Below are positions 17,161 to 25,967 of a stretch of 64,000 bases of DNA, piece after piece; position 1 is the first letter of the stretch, and each line of letters starts with the position of its first letter. The stretch lies in contig DAOVZK010000001.1 of the NCBI GenBank assembly GCA_030635145.1, forward strand, positions 23,381 through 87,380, given 5' to 3'. Source of the stretch: Planctomycetota bacterium (lineage in GTDB: Bacteria > Planctomycetota > Phycisphaerae > SM23-33). The notes under the pieces are model-generated. The model had not been told where the DNA came from. It saw only the letters and a list, made by a program, of their open reading frames with translations, and ran no database searches. The position numbers and the translations under genes were made by a program.

Positions 17161-18720
17161 ATGTCAACAATAAAGTTACCGCAAAAAGGTAAGGCGATGC
17201 TTTCCGGTACGATTGTGCAATGGTATAAATCCCAAGGCGATTCTGTCGCTGCGGGAGATATCCTTGTAAGGATCGAGGCGGAGGATTCGTTTATCGACAT
17301 TGAGGCCGCGACGGATGGTGTTTTGCAGCAAGTGATTGCTCAGCAAGGTGTTACCGTGGCGGTGAATGAACCAATAGCAGAATTAGGCAGTTCTGACGGG
17401 GCAACCCAGGAGCAGAAACCAATGAGTACTGACGACAAAAAAAATGTAGCAGTTGAGTTACCGCAAGGAGCGGCCGTGATTTTGTTACCGCAGGTTGGTA
17501 ACGATATGGAAGAGGGCACGATTGTCAGCTGGAAGGTCGCCGAGGGCGACGCCATTGAGGTCGGCCAGGTTTTGTACGAGGTTGAAACCGACAAGGCCAG
17601 CATCGAAATCGAAGCCGAAATCCCCGGGCGACTTTCGCGAATCGTCGTTCCCGACGGTGAGTGCACGGAGATCAAAACTCCGGTAGCGTATCTTGGGGAT
17701 GACGATGCGCAGATCGACGCATACATCGCAGCTACGAAAAAGGCTGCCCCCGCCAAGCCGGCCGCTGCTGCACCAGCTCCAGCTCCCGCGCCAAAACCGG
17801 CCCCAGCTGCAAGTCCCGCACCAGCACCAGCTGCTGCTCCGGTTGCAGTTGCACCCACCGCAAACGGGCGAGTAAAGGCGTCACCGGCGGCACGGCGAAT
17901 CGCCGCTCAGCGTGGCGTGAATATCGCGAGCGTTGCAACAGGTAGCGGCCCCGGCGGCCGAATTATTTCCACCGACGTTCCTGCTGCTGCGATGGTATCT
18001 GCGGGTAAACCGCTACCGGCCGCCGCGTTGCCGGTAACCGCGCCGATTGGCGAACCGGCTGTCAGCACGCTGGCCGGAATGCGAAAGGCAATCGCCCGCA
18101 ACCTCACCGCCAGCAAGCAGAACATTCCGCACTTCTACCTGAAGCTGACCGTCGACGCGGGGCCGATGATGAGTTACTATCGCGGCCGAAAGGCGCAGTT
18201 CAAATGCAGCGTCAACGATGTCGTAATCATGGCGTGCGGGAGAGCGATGCACGAGTTTCCCGCGTTCCGCACCCGGCTGGAGAAAGACGGCACGCAACTT
18301 ACCGAATTACCGACCGCCAATGTTGGTATCGCAGTCGGAATCGAAAACGGCCTCGTCGTGCCGGTACTGCAGAGCGTTGATCGCATGACATTCCAGCAGA
18401 TTGCAACCGAAGGACGAGCACTTGTGATGTCGGCCCGCGAAGGAAAAGTGCAGGGCATGGGCACGGGTTCGTTTACGATTACGAATCTCGGGATGTTCGG
18501 CGTTGAAGAATTTTCGGGTATCATCAACCCACCGGAATCGGCGATTCTTGCAGTCGGTGCGGTTCGCGAAGACATGATCGTCGAAAACGGCGCGTTGCGA
18601 ATCGGGCAGGTCTGCTCGATGACCATCAGCTGCGACCATCGAATTGTCGACGGCGTACTGGCGGGTCAGTTTGCGGCAAGGCTAAAAGAACTCCTCGAAA
18701 ATCCACAGGTAATGGGATAA
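17161..18720 (+). CDS. Dihydrolipoamide acyltransferase E2 (two lipoyl domains, E3-binding domain, catalytic domain)
   Basis: Two lipoyl-lysine motifs (VETDKASIEIEA and the first-domain equivalent). Ala/Pro-rich linkers. PSBD segment ASPAARRIAAQRGVNIASV. Catalytic TISCDHRIVDGVLAGQF. Start chosen at MSTIKLPQKG, with AGGA 8 nt upstream. Confidence 0.85.
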   Translation: MSTIKLPQKGKAMLSGTIVQWYKSQGDSVAAGDILVRIEAEDSFIDIEAATDGVLQQVIAQQGVTVAVNEPIAELGSSDGATQEQKPMSTDDKKNVAVELPQGAAVILLPQVGNDMEEGTIVSWKVAEGDAIEVGQVLYEVETDKASIEIEAEIPGRLSRIVVPDGECTEIKTPVAYLGDDDAQIDAYIAATKKAAPAKPAAAAPAPAPAPKPAPAASPAPAPAAAPVAVAPTANGRVKASPAARRIAAQRGVNIASVATGSGPGGRIISTDVPAAAMVSAGKPLPAAALPVTAPIGEPAVSTLAGMRKAIARNLTASKQNIPHFYLKLTVDAGPMMSYYRGRKAQFKCSVNDVVIMACGRAMHEFPAFRTRLEKDGTQLTELPTANVGIAVGIENGLVVPVLQSVDRMTFQQIATEGRALVMSAREGKVQGMGTGSFTITNLGMFGVEEFSGIINPPESAILAVGAVREDMIVENGALRIGQVCSMTISCDHRIVDGVLAGQFAARLKELLENPQVMG

Positions 18721-18790
18721 GGAAAGAAAATACGAAAAGCGAATTTCGAAATACTAAACAGTTTCGGTTTTCGATATTAGGATTTAAAAC

Positions 18791-20203
18791 ATGGAACATT
18801 ACAACGTAGCGGTTTTGGGTGCAGGCCCCGGTGGATACGTCGCCGCCTTGAAGGCAGCACAAATGGGCGCGAAAGTTGCCGTCATCGAAAAGCACCACCT
18901 CGGTGGAACCTGCCTGAATTACGGATGCATTCCGAGCAAGGCGCTGCTGGCGTCGGCGGAGCTGTTGCACAAAATTGAACATGCCGCTTCGCTGGGCGTG
19001 GGTGTCAGCGGCAAAGCGTCGTTTGATTGGGCTGCGATTCAGAAGCGAAAAGATAAGGTGCTGGCCGGGCTGCGCGGCGGTATTGGCGGGTTGTTCAAGG
19101 CTCGCAAAGTTACGCTGTACAACGGTACGGGCGTGCTGGACGGGCAGGGCAAAATCAAAATCGCGACCGATAGCGGCGACGAACAAATCTCCGCCGACAA
19201 CATCATCCTCGCCGTGGGCTCCGTGCCCGTGCGAATTCCCACCTGGCCGAGCGACCCCAACCTGGTCTGCACCAGCGACGAAGCACTGCACTGGGACGAG
19301 CTGCCCAAGCGATTGCTGATCGTCGGCGGTGGTGTCATTGGTTGCGAGTTCGCCTGCATGATGCACGCCTACGGTGTGGAAGTTTCGGTCGTCGAAATGC
19401 TGCCAGGGTTGCTACCAGAAATGGAAGCCGACCTCGGAATGGGGCTGGCGAAAGATTTCACCAAACGCGGCATCGCGATTCATGTAGACACGAAAGTCGA
19501 AGGCATCGTCGAGGCGGGCGGGGCATTGACGGCGACGCTGTCGGGCGGAGTTTCGCTTGACGTTGACAAGGTACTCGTTGCCGTTGGGCGTCGCCCTGCA
19601 ACGGCGGACATCGGGCTGGAAACTATCGGGATCGAAACCGACCGCGGATTCGTGCGTGTCAACGACCGCATGGAAACGGGCGTAACGGGAGTGTACTGCA
19701 TCGGTGATGCCAACGGGCGATGCTTGCTGGCACACGCGGCCAGCGCTCAGGGAATCGCAGCCGTGGAAAATGCACTCGGACACACGAAAGATTTGACGGC
19801 CCCGATCCCCGGTGCCGTTTACACGTTCCCGGAAATTGGCGGAGTGGGTCTTACGACGCAGCAGGCACACGACCAAAACATTCCGATCGCCGTCGGTAAT
19901 TTTCCGCTCGCGTTTTTGGGTAAGGCGATGGCTGTCGGCGAGACGGACGGTTTCGTCAAGGTCATCAAGCATCGCGAAACGGGCGAGTTGCTGGGCGTGC
20001 ACATGCTCGGGCACAACGCTACCGAGTGCATCGCTGCAGCCGGAGCTATGCTTCACCAAAAAGCGAGCGTCGAAGATTTGGCGGAAGTGGTTTTCGCGCA
20101 CCCGACCATCAGCGAGGCAATCAAAGAGTCGGCCGAGGATGCCTTGGGAATGGCGCTGCATTTGCCCCCGCGAAAAATCCATCGCGTAAAGGCGGGGCAG
20201 TAA
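18791..20203 (+). CDS. lpdA: Dihydrolipoyl dehydrogenase E3
   Basis: FAD-binding GAGPGGY, redox-disulfide GGTCLNYGCIPSK, NAD-binding GGGVIGCEFA, and a C-terminal HPT..E interface motif. Confidence 0.9.
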   Translation: MEHYNVAVLGAGPGGYVAALKAAQMGAKVAVIEKHHLGGTCLNYGCIPSKALLASAELLHKIEHAASLGVGVSGKASFDWAAIQKRKDKVLAGLRGGIGGLFKARKVTLYNGTGVLDGQGKIKIATDSGDEQISADNIILAVGSVPVRIPTWPSDPNLVCTSDEALHWDELPKRLLIVGGGVIGCEFACMMHAYGVEVSVVEMLPGLLPEMEADLGMGLAKDFTKRGIAIHVDTKVEGIVEAGGALTATLSGGVSLDVDKVLVAVGRRPATADIGLETIGIETDRGFVRVNDRMETGVTGVYCIGDANGRCLLAHAASAQGIAAVENALGHTKDLTAPIPGAVYTFPEIGGVGLTTQQAHDQNIPIAVGNFPLAFLGKAMAVGETDGFVKVIKHRETGELLGVHMLGHNATECIAAAGAMLHQKASVEDLAEVVFAHPTISEAIKESAEDALGMALHLPPRKIHRVKAGQ

Positions 20204-20239
20204 CGATTAACAGTCGGCCGAGCGGGTAGTAGTTGAAAG

Positions 20240-21541
20240 GTGTTTATGATGGACAACGTTACCGATGCTGTTGCGTCGATTCGCGAAATTGGAAGTGTCG
20301 ACGAACTCAAGGCCCGCAGCGGGCAGGTCGCCTTTGCGCAACGCCCGAAGTTTAACTCGCACATTCATCTGCCACCGAACTTTTCGGCATTTGAAACTGT
20401 CGCCCAGGCTGTGACGCTGGCTGACGAGCAAAATGTTCGCGTCGTCGGAGTCAGCAACTATTACGACTACAGCGTCTACAACGAATTCGTTTCACTCACC
20501 GCGCCGCGCGGAATTTTTCCAATTTTCGGGTTAGAGGTTATCTCGCTGGTGGACGAACTCGTCGCAGCTGGGGTGAAAATCAACGATCCGGGAAATCCCG
20601 GGCGAATGTACATGTGCGGAAAAGGCATCACGAAGTTTGCAAACCCCTCACCGCGCGGCACTGAGCTTCTTGAGACGATCCGTAACCGCGACGAATCGCG
20701 AATGGCGGAAATGACCGACAAGGTCGCCGCACTCTTCTCCGCCGCCGGTGTCAATACAAAACTCACCGCACCCGATATCGTCACCCGCGTTATGAAACGC
20801 CACTCAAGCCCACGCGAAATCATTACGCTCCAGGAACGCCACATCGCCCAAGCCTTTCAAGAGGTTCTTTTCAAAATTGTTCCAGACGTTAATGAGCGTC
20901 ATGGGGTTTTGCAAAAACTTTTCGGGGCAGAATCGAAATCCGCAACAGATGCGGTTGGTGTGCAGGGCGAGATTCGTTCGCACTTGATGAAGGCCGGCAA
21001 GGCAGCGTTTGTGACCGAAACGTTTTTGAAATTTCCCGAAGCCCGCGAATTGATTTTGCAGCTGGGCGGAATTCCCTGCTATCCGATCCTCGCCGACGGT
21101 GCCGACCCGATCTGCGAATACGAAACCCCCACTAGCAAACTCGTGGAGAATCTTCGCGGTAACGGTTTGCAGATGGCCGAGCTTATCCCCATCCGCAACC
21201 AACCCGAAGTACTCACCGAATACGCCAAAACTCTCCGCGCCGCCGGGGTCGTCGTCGTTGGCGGAACCGAACACAACACGCTCGACTTAATCGGCATTGA
21301 ACCGACCTGCGTTGGCGCAGCAGCGGTGCCGGAAGATGTTAAGGATATCTTTTTCGAGGGCGCGTGCGTGGCGGCGGGGCATCAGTTTCTTACCGCGCAC
21401 GGACACCCGGGCTTCGTCGATGCCGACGGAAAACCAAACACCCAATACGAAACAACCGAAGAACGAATCGACGCGTTTGTCAAACTCGGCGCCGCCGTCA
21501 TCAACCGATACTTCGAAATCAATGTTGAAACCAAAAAATAG
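20240..21541 (+). CDS. Hypothetical metal-dependent hydrolase, PHP-domain-like (tentative)
   Basis: N-terminal NSHIHLPPN (HxH), later GTEHNT and acidic or His residues spaced as in PHP/amidohydrolase TIM barrels. No confident family assignment by eye. Starts 36 nt after the lpdA stop on the same strand. Confidence 0.3.
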   Translation: MFMMDNVTDAVASIREIGSVDELKARSGQVAFAQRPKFNSHIHLPPNFSAFETVAQAVTLADEQNVRVVGVSNYYDYSVYNEFVSLTAPRGIFPIFGLEVISLVDELVAAGVKINDPGNPGRMYMCGKGITKFANPSPRGTELLETIRNRDESRMAEMTDKVAALFSAAGVNTKLTAPDIVTRVMKRHSSPREIITLQERHIAQAFQEVLFKIVPDVNERHGVLQKLFGAESKSATDAVGVQGEIRSHLMKAGKAAFVTETFLKFPEARELILQLGGIPCYPILADGADPICEYETPTSKLVENLRGNGLQMAELIPIRNQPEVLTEYAKTLRAAGVVVVGGTEHNTLDLIGIEPTCVGAAAVPEDVKDIFFEGACVAAGHQFLTAHGHPGFVDADGKPNTQYETTEERIDAFVKLGAAVINRYFEINVETKK

Positions 21542-21548
21542 CAGTGAA

Positions 21549-22661
21549 ATGGAGAGATTTCTCATGGCCGTTACAGAATCCAAAAAGCTGATCAGTCTTA
21601 TCGCTCCGGCTTTGCGTTTGTTGATAGATGCTGAAAATCCAAGGGTGATCCGGTTCTCGGATTCTTCCGAAGAAGCCTCCGAAAGTGCTTTGACATTTGA
21701 ACCACCCGCCGACGTGTCGATAGAACAAATAGTGCAAAAATTATCGCTCGCCATTCAGAACGCCAGTGGTTCAGTTCCGGCGGTGATGGTTCCGGGCCTG
21801 GGCGTTTTTTCTGTTTGGGACAAACCCATCACCTCCGGCCGAGCCGCCGGTAAAGTCGCCGTTGTAACAGGTGCCGCCCAAGGTTTTGGCCTGGAGATTG
21901 CCCAACACCTTATCGCCCAGGGAGCGTATATTGCACTTACGGACATCAACAAACAAGGTGCAATAGACGCCGCGGAAAAGCTGTGCAAAACTTTTGGGCA
22001 GGACAGGGCTATAGGGCTGGGGATAAACGTAACCGATGGAGCGTCGATTGGCGAGGCTTTACATCAGGTGGTTTGCAGGTATGGCGGGCTGGACGTTTTT
22101 ATTTCCAACGCTGGCGTACTCAAAGCTGAAAGCGTTAAAACTCAACCCGAAAAAGATTTTGATTTTGTCACATCCGTCAACTACAAGGGTTATTTTCTAT
22201 GTGTTCAGAAGATTGCGCCAATACTCGCGGTTCAGCATTTGGCTTGTGCGGATTATCGTAGCGACATTATCCAGATCAACTCCAAAAGCGGGCTGGTCGG
22301 CAGCAATCGCAACGCCGCCTACGCCGGAAGCAAATTCGGCGGGCTTGGATTGACGCAATCGTTCGCCCTCGAGCTGATCGAAGATGGAATAAAAGTAAAC
22401 GCCGTCTGCCCCGGAAACTTTTTCGACGGGCCACTCTGGTCCGACCCCGAAAACGGATTGTTCGTACAGTATCTGCGAACCGGCAAAATTCCCGACGCCA
22501 AAACCATCGAGGACGTTCGCAAGGGTTACGAAGCCAAAGTACCCATGGGCCGCGGATGCACGACGCAAGACGTGATGCAGGCGGTGTTTTACCTGATGGA
22601 CCAAAAATACGAAACCGGCCAGGCAATGCCCGTCACCGGCGGACAGGTCATGCTGAGTTAA
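21549..22661 (+). CDS. Short-chain dehydrogenase/reductase (SDR) with ~95-aa N-terminal extension
   Basis: GKVAVVTGAAQGFGLEIAQHL (TGxxxGxG), NAG, and the catalytic YAGSKFGGLGLTQSFALEL (YxxxK). Start chosen at MERFLMAV. The longer ORF beginning at 21297 overlaps the upstream gene in another frame. The start is 7 nt after the upstream stop. Confidence 0.7.
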   Translation: MERFLMAVTESKKLISLIAPALRLLIDAENPRVIRFSDSSEEASESALTFEPPADVSIEQIVQKLSLAIQNASGSVPAVMVPGLGVFSVWDKPITSGRAAGKVAVVTGAAQGFGLEIAQHLIAQGAYIALTDINKQGAIDAAEKLCKTFGQDRAIGLGINVTDGASIGEALHQVVCRYGGLDVFISNAGVLKAESVKTQPEKDFDFVTSVNYKGYFLCVQKIAPILAVQHLACADYRSDIIQINSKSGLVGSNRNAAYAGSKFGGLGLTQSFALELIEDGIKVNAVCPGNFFDGPLWSDPENGLFVQYLRTGKIPDAKTIEDVRKGYEAKVPMGRGCTTQDVMQAVFYLMDQKYETGQAMPVTGGQVMLS

Positions 22662-22698
22662 TCAAGATTAGAACGAATCACCATAGAAAGGTACAAGA

Positions 22699-24396
22699 AT
22701 GACAGCAATTCCCAACACGCAGTACGCAGTTCAACTCGTCGGGCCTGACGAGCTGAAGCTCAACACATCCAAGCCCGTCGATCTCCCGACCAAGCATCAC
22801 ATTCTTTTGAAAATCGAAGCCGTCGGGCTTTGCTTTTCGGACCTGAAATTGCTGCATCAATTTTCTGAGCATCCCCGCAAACTGAATATCCAGGACGGCA
22901 TTGCTACGGACATTCTGGCTGAGCTGACGAGCTACGTACCTGGCGAACAGCCCACCGTGCCGGGGCATGAGGCCTGCGTTCGCGTTGTTGCTGTCGGGTC
23001 GAAAGTTACCGAGCACAAAGTCGGCGACCGTTATCTGGTGCAGGCCGACTGGCGGCAAATGGTCACGGCCGCGAGCAATGGTGCCTTTGGATATTGCTTC
23101 GAGGGCGGGTTGCAGGAGTACGTTATCGTTGACGAGCGGATCGTTATCGACGAGGAAACGGGCAGCCATTTTCTGATTCCCGCAGCCGAGGATTTTTCGG
23201 CATCGGCGATTGCTCTTATCGAACCGTGGGGCTGCGTTGAATGCTCTTACGTTACGCCCGAACGTAACACCATTAAGCATGACGGAAAATTGCTGGTCGT
23301 TGCCGAGGCTGGGCGAACGGTCGAGTCGCTCGATGACTGCTACGACGCTGCTGGTCGCCCGGCGGAAATCACCGCGATTTACGGTACTAAAGAGCAGGCT
23401 GAAAGTTTCACCTTCCAGGAAACCGGCGGGGTGTTCCACGAACCCGAACCCATCGACGCCATCGCCTCGCTGCCGGACGAAACCTACGACGACATCGTTT
23501 ACTTCGGCGCACGGGCGAAGGTTATCGAGGCACTTAACAGCAAGCTCGCCCGCGGTGGTATCATCAATATCGTGTTGGGCGGTGCGAAAATCGGACAGCT
23601 GGTAAACGTTGGTGTCGGGCGAACGCATTACGGGCTGACGCGATGGATCGGAACGACCACCGACAATGCCGCCGAGTCTTATAAGGTTATCCCGAATGAC
23701 GGTGAAATTCGCGCGAACGACAAAGTTGTCGTCATCGGTGCCGGTGGGCCGATGGGCCAGATGCACGTAATCCGAAATCTCTGCTCGGGCATCGAAGGCG
23801 TTGAAATCATCGGCACCGACTTTGACGATGAGCGATTAGAGTCGTTGCGCAGCAAGGCTGAACCGATCTCGCAAAGCAAGGGTTTGAAGTTTCGGTTAGT
23901 CAACCCGCAAACAACCCCGCTGACAGATGCGTTTGACTATTACGCGTTGATGGCTCCGCTGGGTGTGCTCGTTGCCGATGCTATCCAGACCGGCGCGACC
24001 GGTGCGATGATCAATATCTTCGCGGGGATTCCCGCCACGACGAATCACGACCTTGACCTCGATACATACATCAGCAAGGGCATGTTCATGTTCGGCACGA
24101 GCGGGTCGACCATCGACGATATTCTTATCGTTCGCGACAAGGTCGAATCCGCCCAGCTCGACACCGACTGCTCCGTCGATGCCGTGTCCGGAATGGCGGG
24201 CGCCCTGGCCGGAATCGATGCCGTCAAAGACCGAACCTGCGGGGGCAAAATTGTGGTTTACCCACAGCTGCACGATATGGAAATGATTTCGCTGAAGGAT
24301 ATCGGCGAGAAATATCCCAACGTCGCAGCGAAACTGTCGCACGGAATGTGGACGAAGCAAGCGGAAAAGCAGTTGCTCATCGACGCGGTGAAGTAA
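22699..24396 (+). CDS. Medium-chain (Zn-dependent alcohol dehydrogenase-like) dehydrogenase with a large inserted or second nucleotide-binding region (565 aa)
   Basis: GroES-like N-terminal domain with a GHEACVRVVAVGSKV...VGDRY... zinc/catalytic pattern. A Rossmann GxGxxG (VVVIGAGGPMGQ) occurs only at about aa 340, after an extra segment of roughly 150 aa. Confidence 0.55.
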   Translation: MTAIPNTQYAVQLVGPDELKLNTSKPVDLPTKHHILLKIEAVGLCFSDLKLLHQFSEHPRKLNIQDGIATDILAELTSYVPGEQPTVPGHEACVRVVAVGSKVTEHKVGDRYLVQADWRQMVTAASNGAFGYCFEGGLQEYVIVDERIVIDEETGSHFLIPAAEDFSASAIALIEPWGCVECSYVTPERNTIKHDGKLLVVAEAGRTVESLDDCYDAAGRPAEITAIYGTKEQAESFTFQETGGVFHEPEPIDAIASLPDETYDDIVYFGARAKVIEALNSKLARGGIINIVLGGAKIGQLVNVGVGRTHYGLTRWIGTTTDNAAESYKVIPNDGEIRANDKVVVIGAGGPMGQMHVIRNLCSGIEGVEIIGTDFDDERLESLRSKAEPISQSKGLKFRLVNPQTTPLTDAFDYYALMAPLGVLVADAIQTGATGAMINIFAGIPATTNHDLDLDTYISKGMFMFGTSGSTIDDILIVRDKVESAQLDTDCSVDAVSGMAGALAGIDAVKDRTCGGKIVVYPQLHDMEMISLKDIGEKYPNVAAKLSHGMWTKQAEKQLLIDAVK

Positions 24397-24434
24397 CACC
24401 ACACCCGATAGATATTTGACAGTATAGGAAAAAT

Positions 24435-25703
24435 ATGAAAAAGACGTTTGTTGGTTTCGGGTTCGGGCCTATTCAGAGTGGGCTGTTTTTGTACGAGGCG
24501 TGGAAGTCGGGCAATTTTTCCCGCTACGTTATCGCTGAGGTCAATCCGCAGCTGGTAAGTGCGGTCAGCCATAACGGCGGGGCCTACGAGCTGAACATCG
24601 CATCGCCAACGGGCATCGCGCATCAGCGCATCGAAGGCGTTGAGCTGTACAACCCCGCGGATGCTGAATCGCGCGCAAAAATCATCGACGCCATCAGCGA
24701 ATCCGACGAAATCGCAACGTCGCTGCCAAGCGTGAAGTTTTACGACATGGGCGAAGAAACCAGCGTCGTAAAAACCCTCGCCGAAGGGCTAAAGCAGCGC
24801 GATGCGTCCAAACCCGTGATCGTCTACGCGTCGGAAAATAATAACCACGCCGCCGAGCTTCTTACCGAAGCACTCGCGAAATACACCGCACCCGAAGTAC
24901 TCAAAAATGTGCAGGTGCTCAACACCGTTATCGGAAAAATGAGCGGCGTGATCTCCGATACCGACACGATCGAGAAAATGCAGCTGCATACGATCACCCC
25001 CGAAACACCGCAGGCGATTCTCGTTGAGGAATTCAATCGCATTCTCATTTCCAAAATCGAACTCGACGGATTTGCTCGCGGGATCGACTGCTTCGAGGAA
25101 AAAACCGACCTGCTGCCGTTCGAGGAGGCGAAACTTTTCGGGCATAACGCAATCCACTCGCTTATCGCATATCTCGCCGACCACCAAAACTACCTCACCA
25201 TCGCCGACGCCGGTAAGGACGGAAAAATTATGACCATCGCGCGGAACGCATTCATCGACGAGTGCGGTTCTGCCCTCATCAAGCGATATTTCGATCTCGG
25301 TGATTCGCTGTTTACCCCCGAAGGTTTTGACGAATACGCCACCGACCTTCTTGCCCGAATGACAAATCCGAATCTGCACGACCTCGTCGAACGTGTCGGG
25401 CGTGATCATCTCCGCAAGCTGGGATACGACGACCGCCTGTTCGGGACGATGCGGATCGCATTTGCCAACGACATCACTCCGGTGAACCTCGCCTTGGGCG
25501 CAGCCGCCGGTATCATATCAATGATCACCCGCCGCAACGAACTTCCAACGATTCCCGAAACCCTTCCCCAAACCGCAGACGACCTGACCCGCGAAAATCT
25601 CGAGGCGCTACTCCTGGAAATCTGGCCAGACGATGTGGACAAAACTACCGCAGCGCCACTAATCGATCTGACCTGGGAAGCACTGCATGTTGTCAAAAAG
25701 TAA
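24435..25703 (+). CDS. Mannitol-dehydrogenase-family (long-chain polyol dehydrogenase) protein
   Basis: N-terminus FVGFGFGPIQSGLF matches the FGAGNIGRGF dinucleotide fold start of MtlD/UxuB/UxaB-type enzymes. Length 422 aa. Confidence 0.45.
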   Translation: MKKTFVGFGFGPIQSGLFLYEAWKSGNFSRYVIAEVNPQLVSAVSHNGGAYELNIASPTGIAHQRIEGVELYNPADAESRAKIIDAISESDEIATSLPSVKFYDMGEETSVVKTLAEGLKQRDASKPVIVYASENNNHAAELLTEALAKYTAPEVLKNVQVLNTVIGKMSGVISDTDTIEKMQLHTITPETPQAILVEEFNRILISKIELDGFARGIDCFEEKTDLLPFEEAKLFGHNAIHSLIAYLADHQNYLTIADAGKDGKIMTIARNAFIDECGSALIKRYFDLGDSLFTPEGFDEYATDLLARMTNPNLHDLVERVGRDHLRKLGYDDRLFGTMRIAFANDITPVNLALGAAAGIISMITRRNELPTIPETLPQTADDLTRENLEALLLEIWPDDVDKTTAAPLIDLTWEALHVVKK

Positions 25704-25967
25704 CTTTTACTGAATGATTTACCGAATATTTTACCGAACAAGGGGCTGTCTTCCGATAAAATAGGGGCTTTGCTGTACAAGTTTGAAAAATGCTTCCCAG
25801 CAGGGGCTTGAAAAATAAGCTTACTTGGCATAGAATGAATGTGATGGTTTAGTAATATCGAGATGTACCGAGGCACGAGCTTTAAACGTCGAAAATCTTC
25901 CGGATGCTTCCTTTTTTTGGAATCATACTTTTTATAACGATTATACTTGGATTCGGAAGGACTTACG

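Noticed and set aside
18626-20182. Two minus-strand ORFs of 246 and 256 aa
   Set aside because: Both are antisense to the E2 3' end and lpdA, and have no motifs.
25751-25810. GGGGCTG-starting segment considered as a tmRNA 5' end
   Set aside because: Only the first 7 nt resemble tmRNA. There is no downstream tag-reading-frame or T-arm-like 3' end. Treated instead as an AGGGGCT repeat in a leader region.
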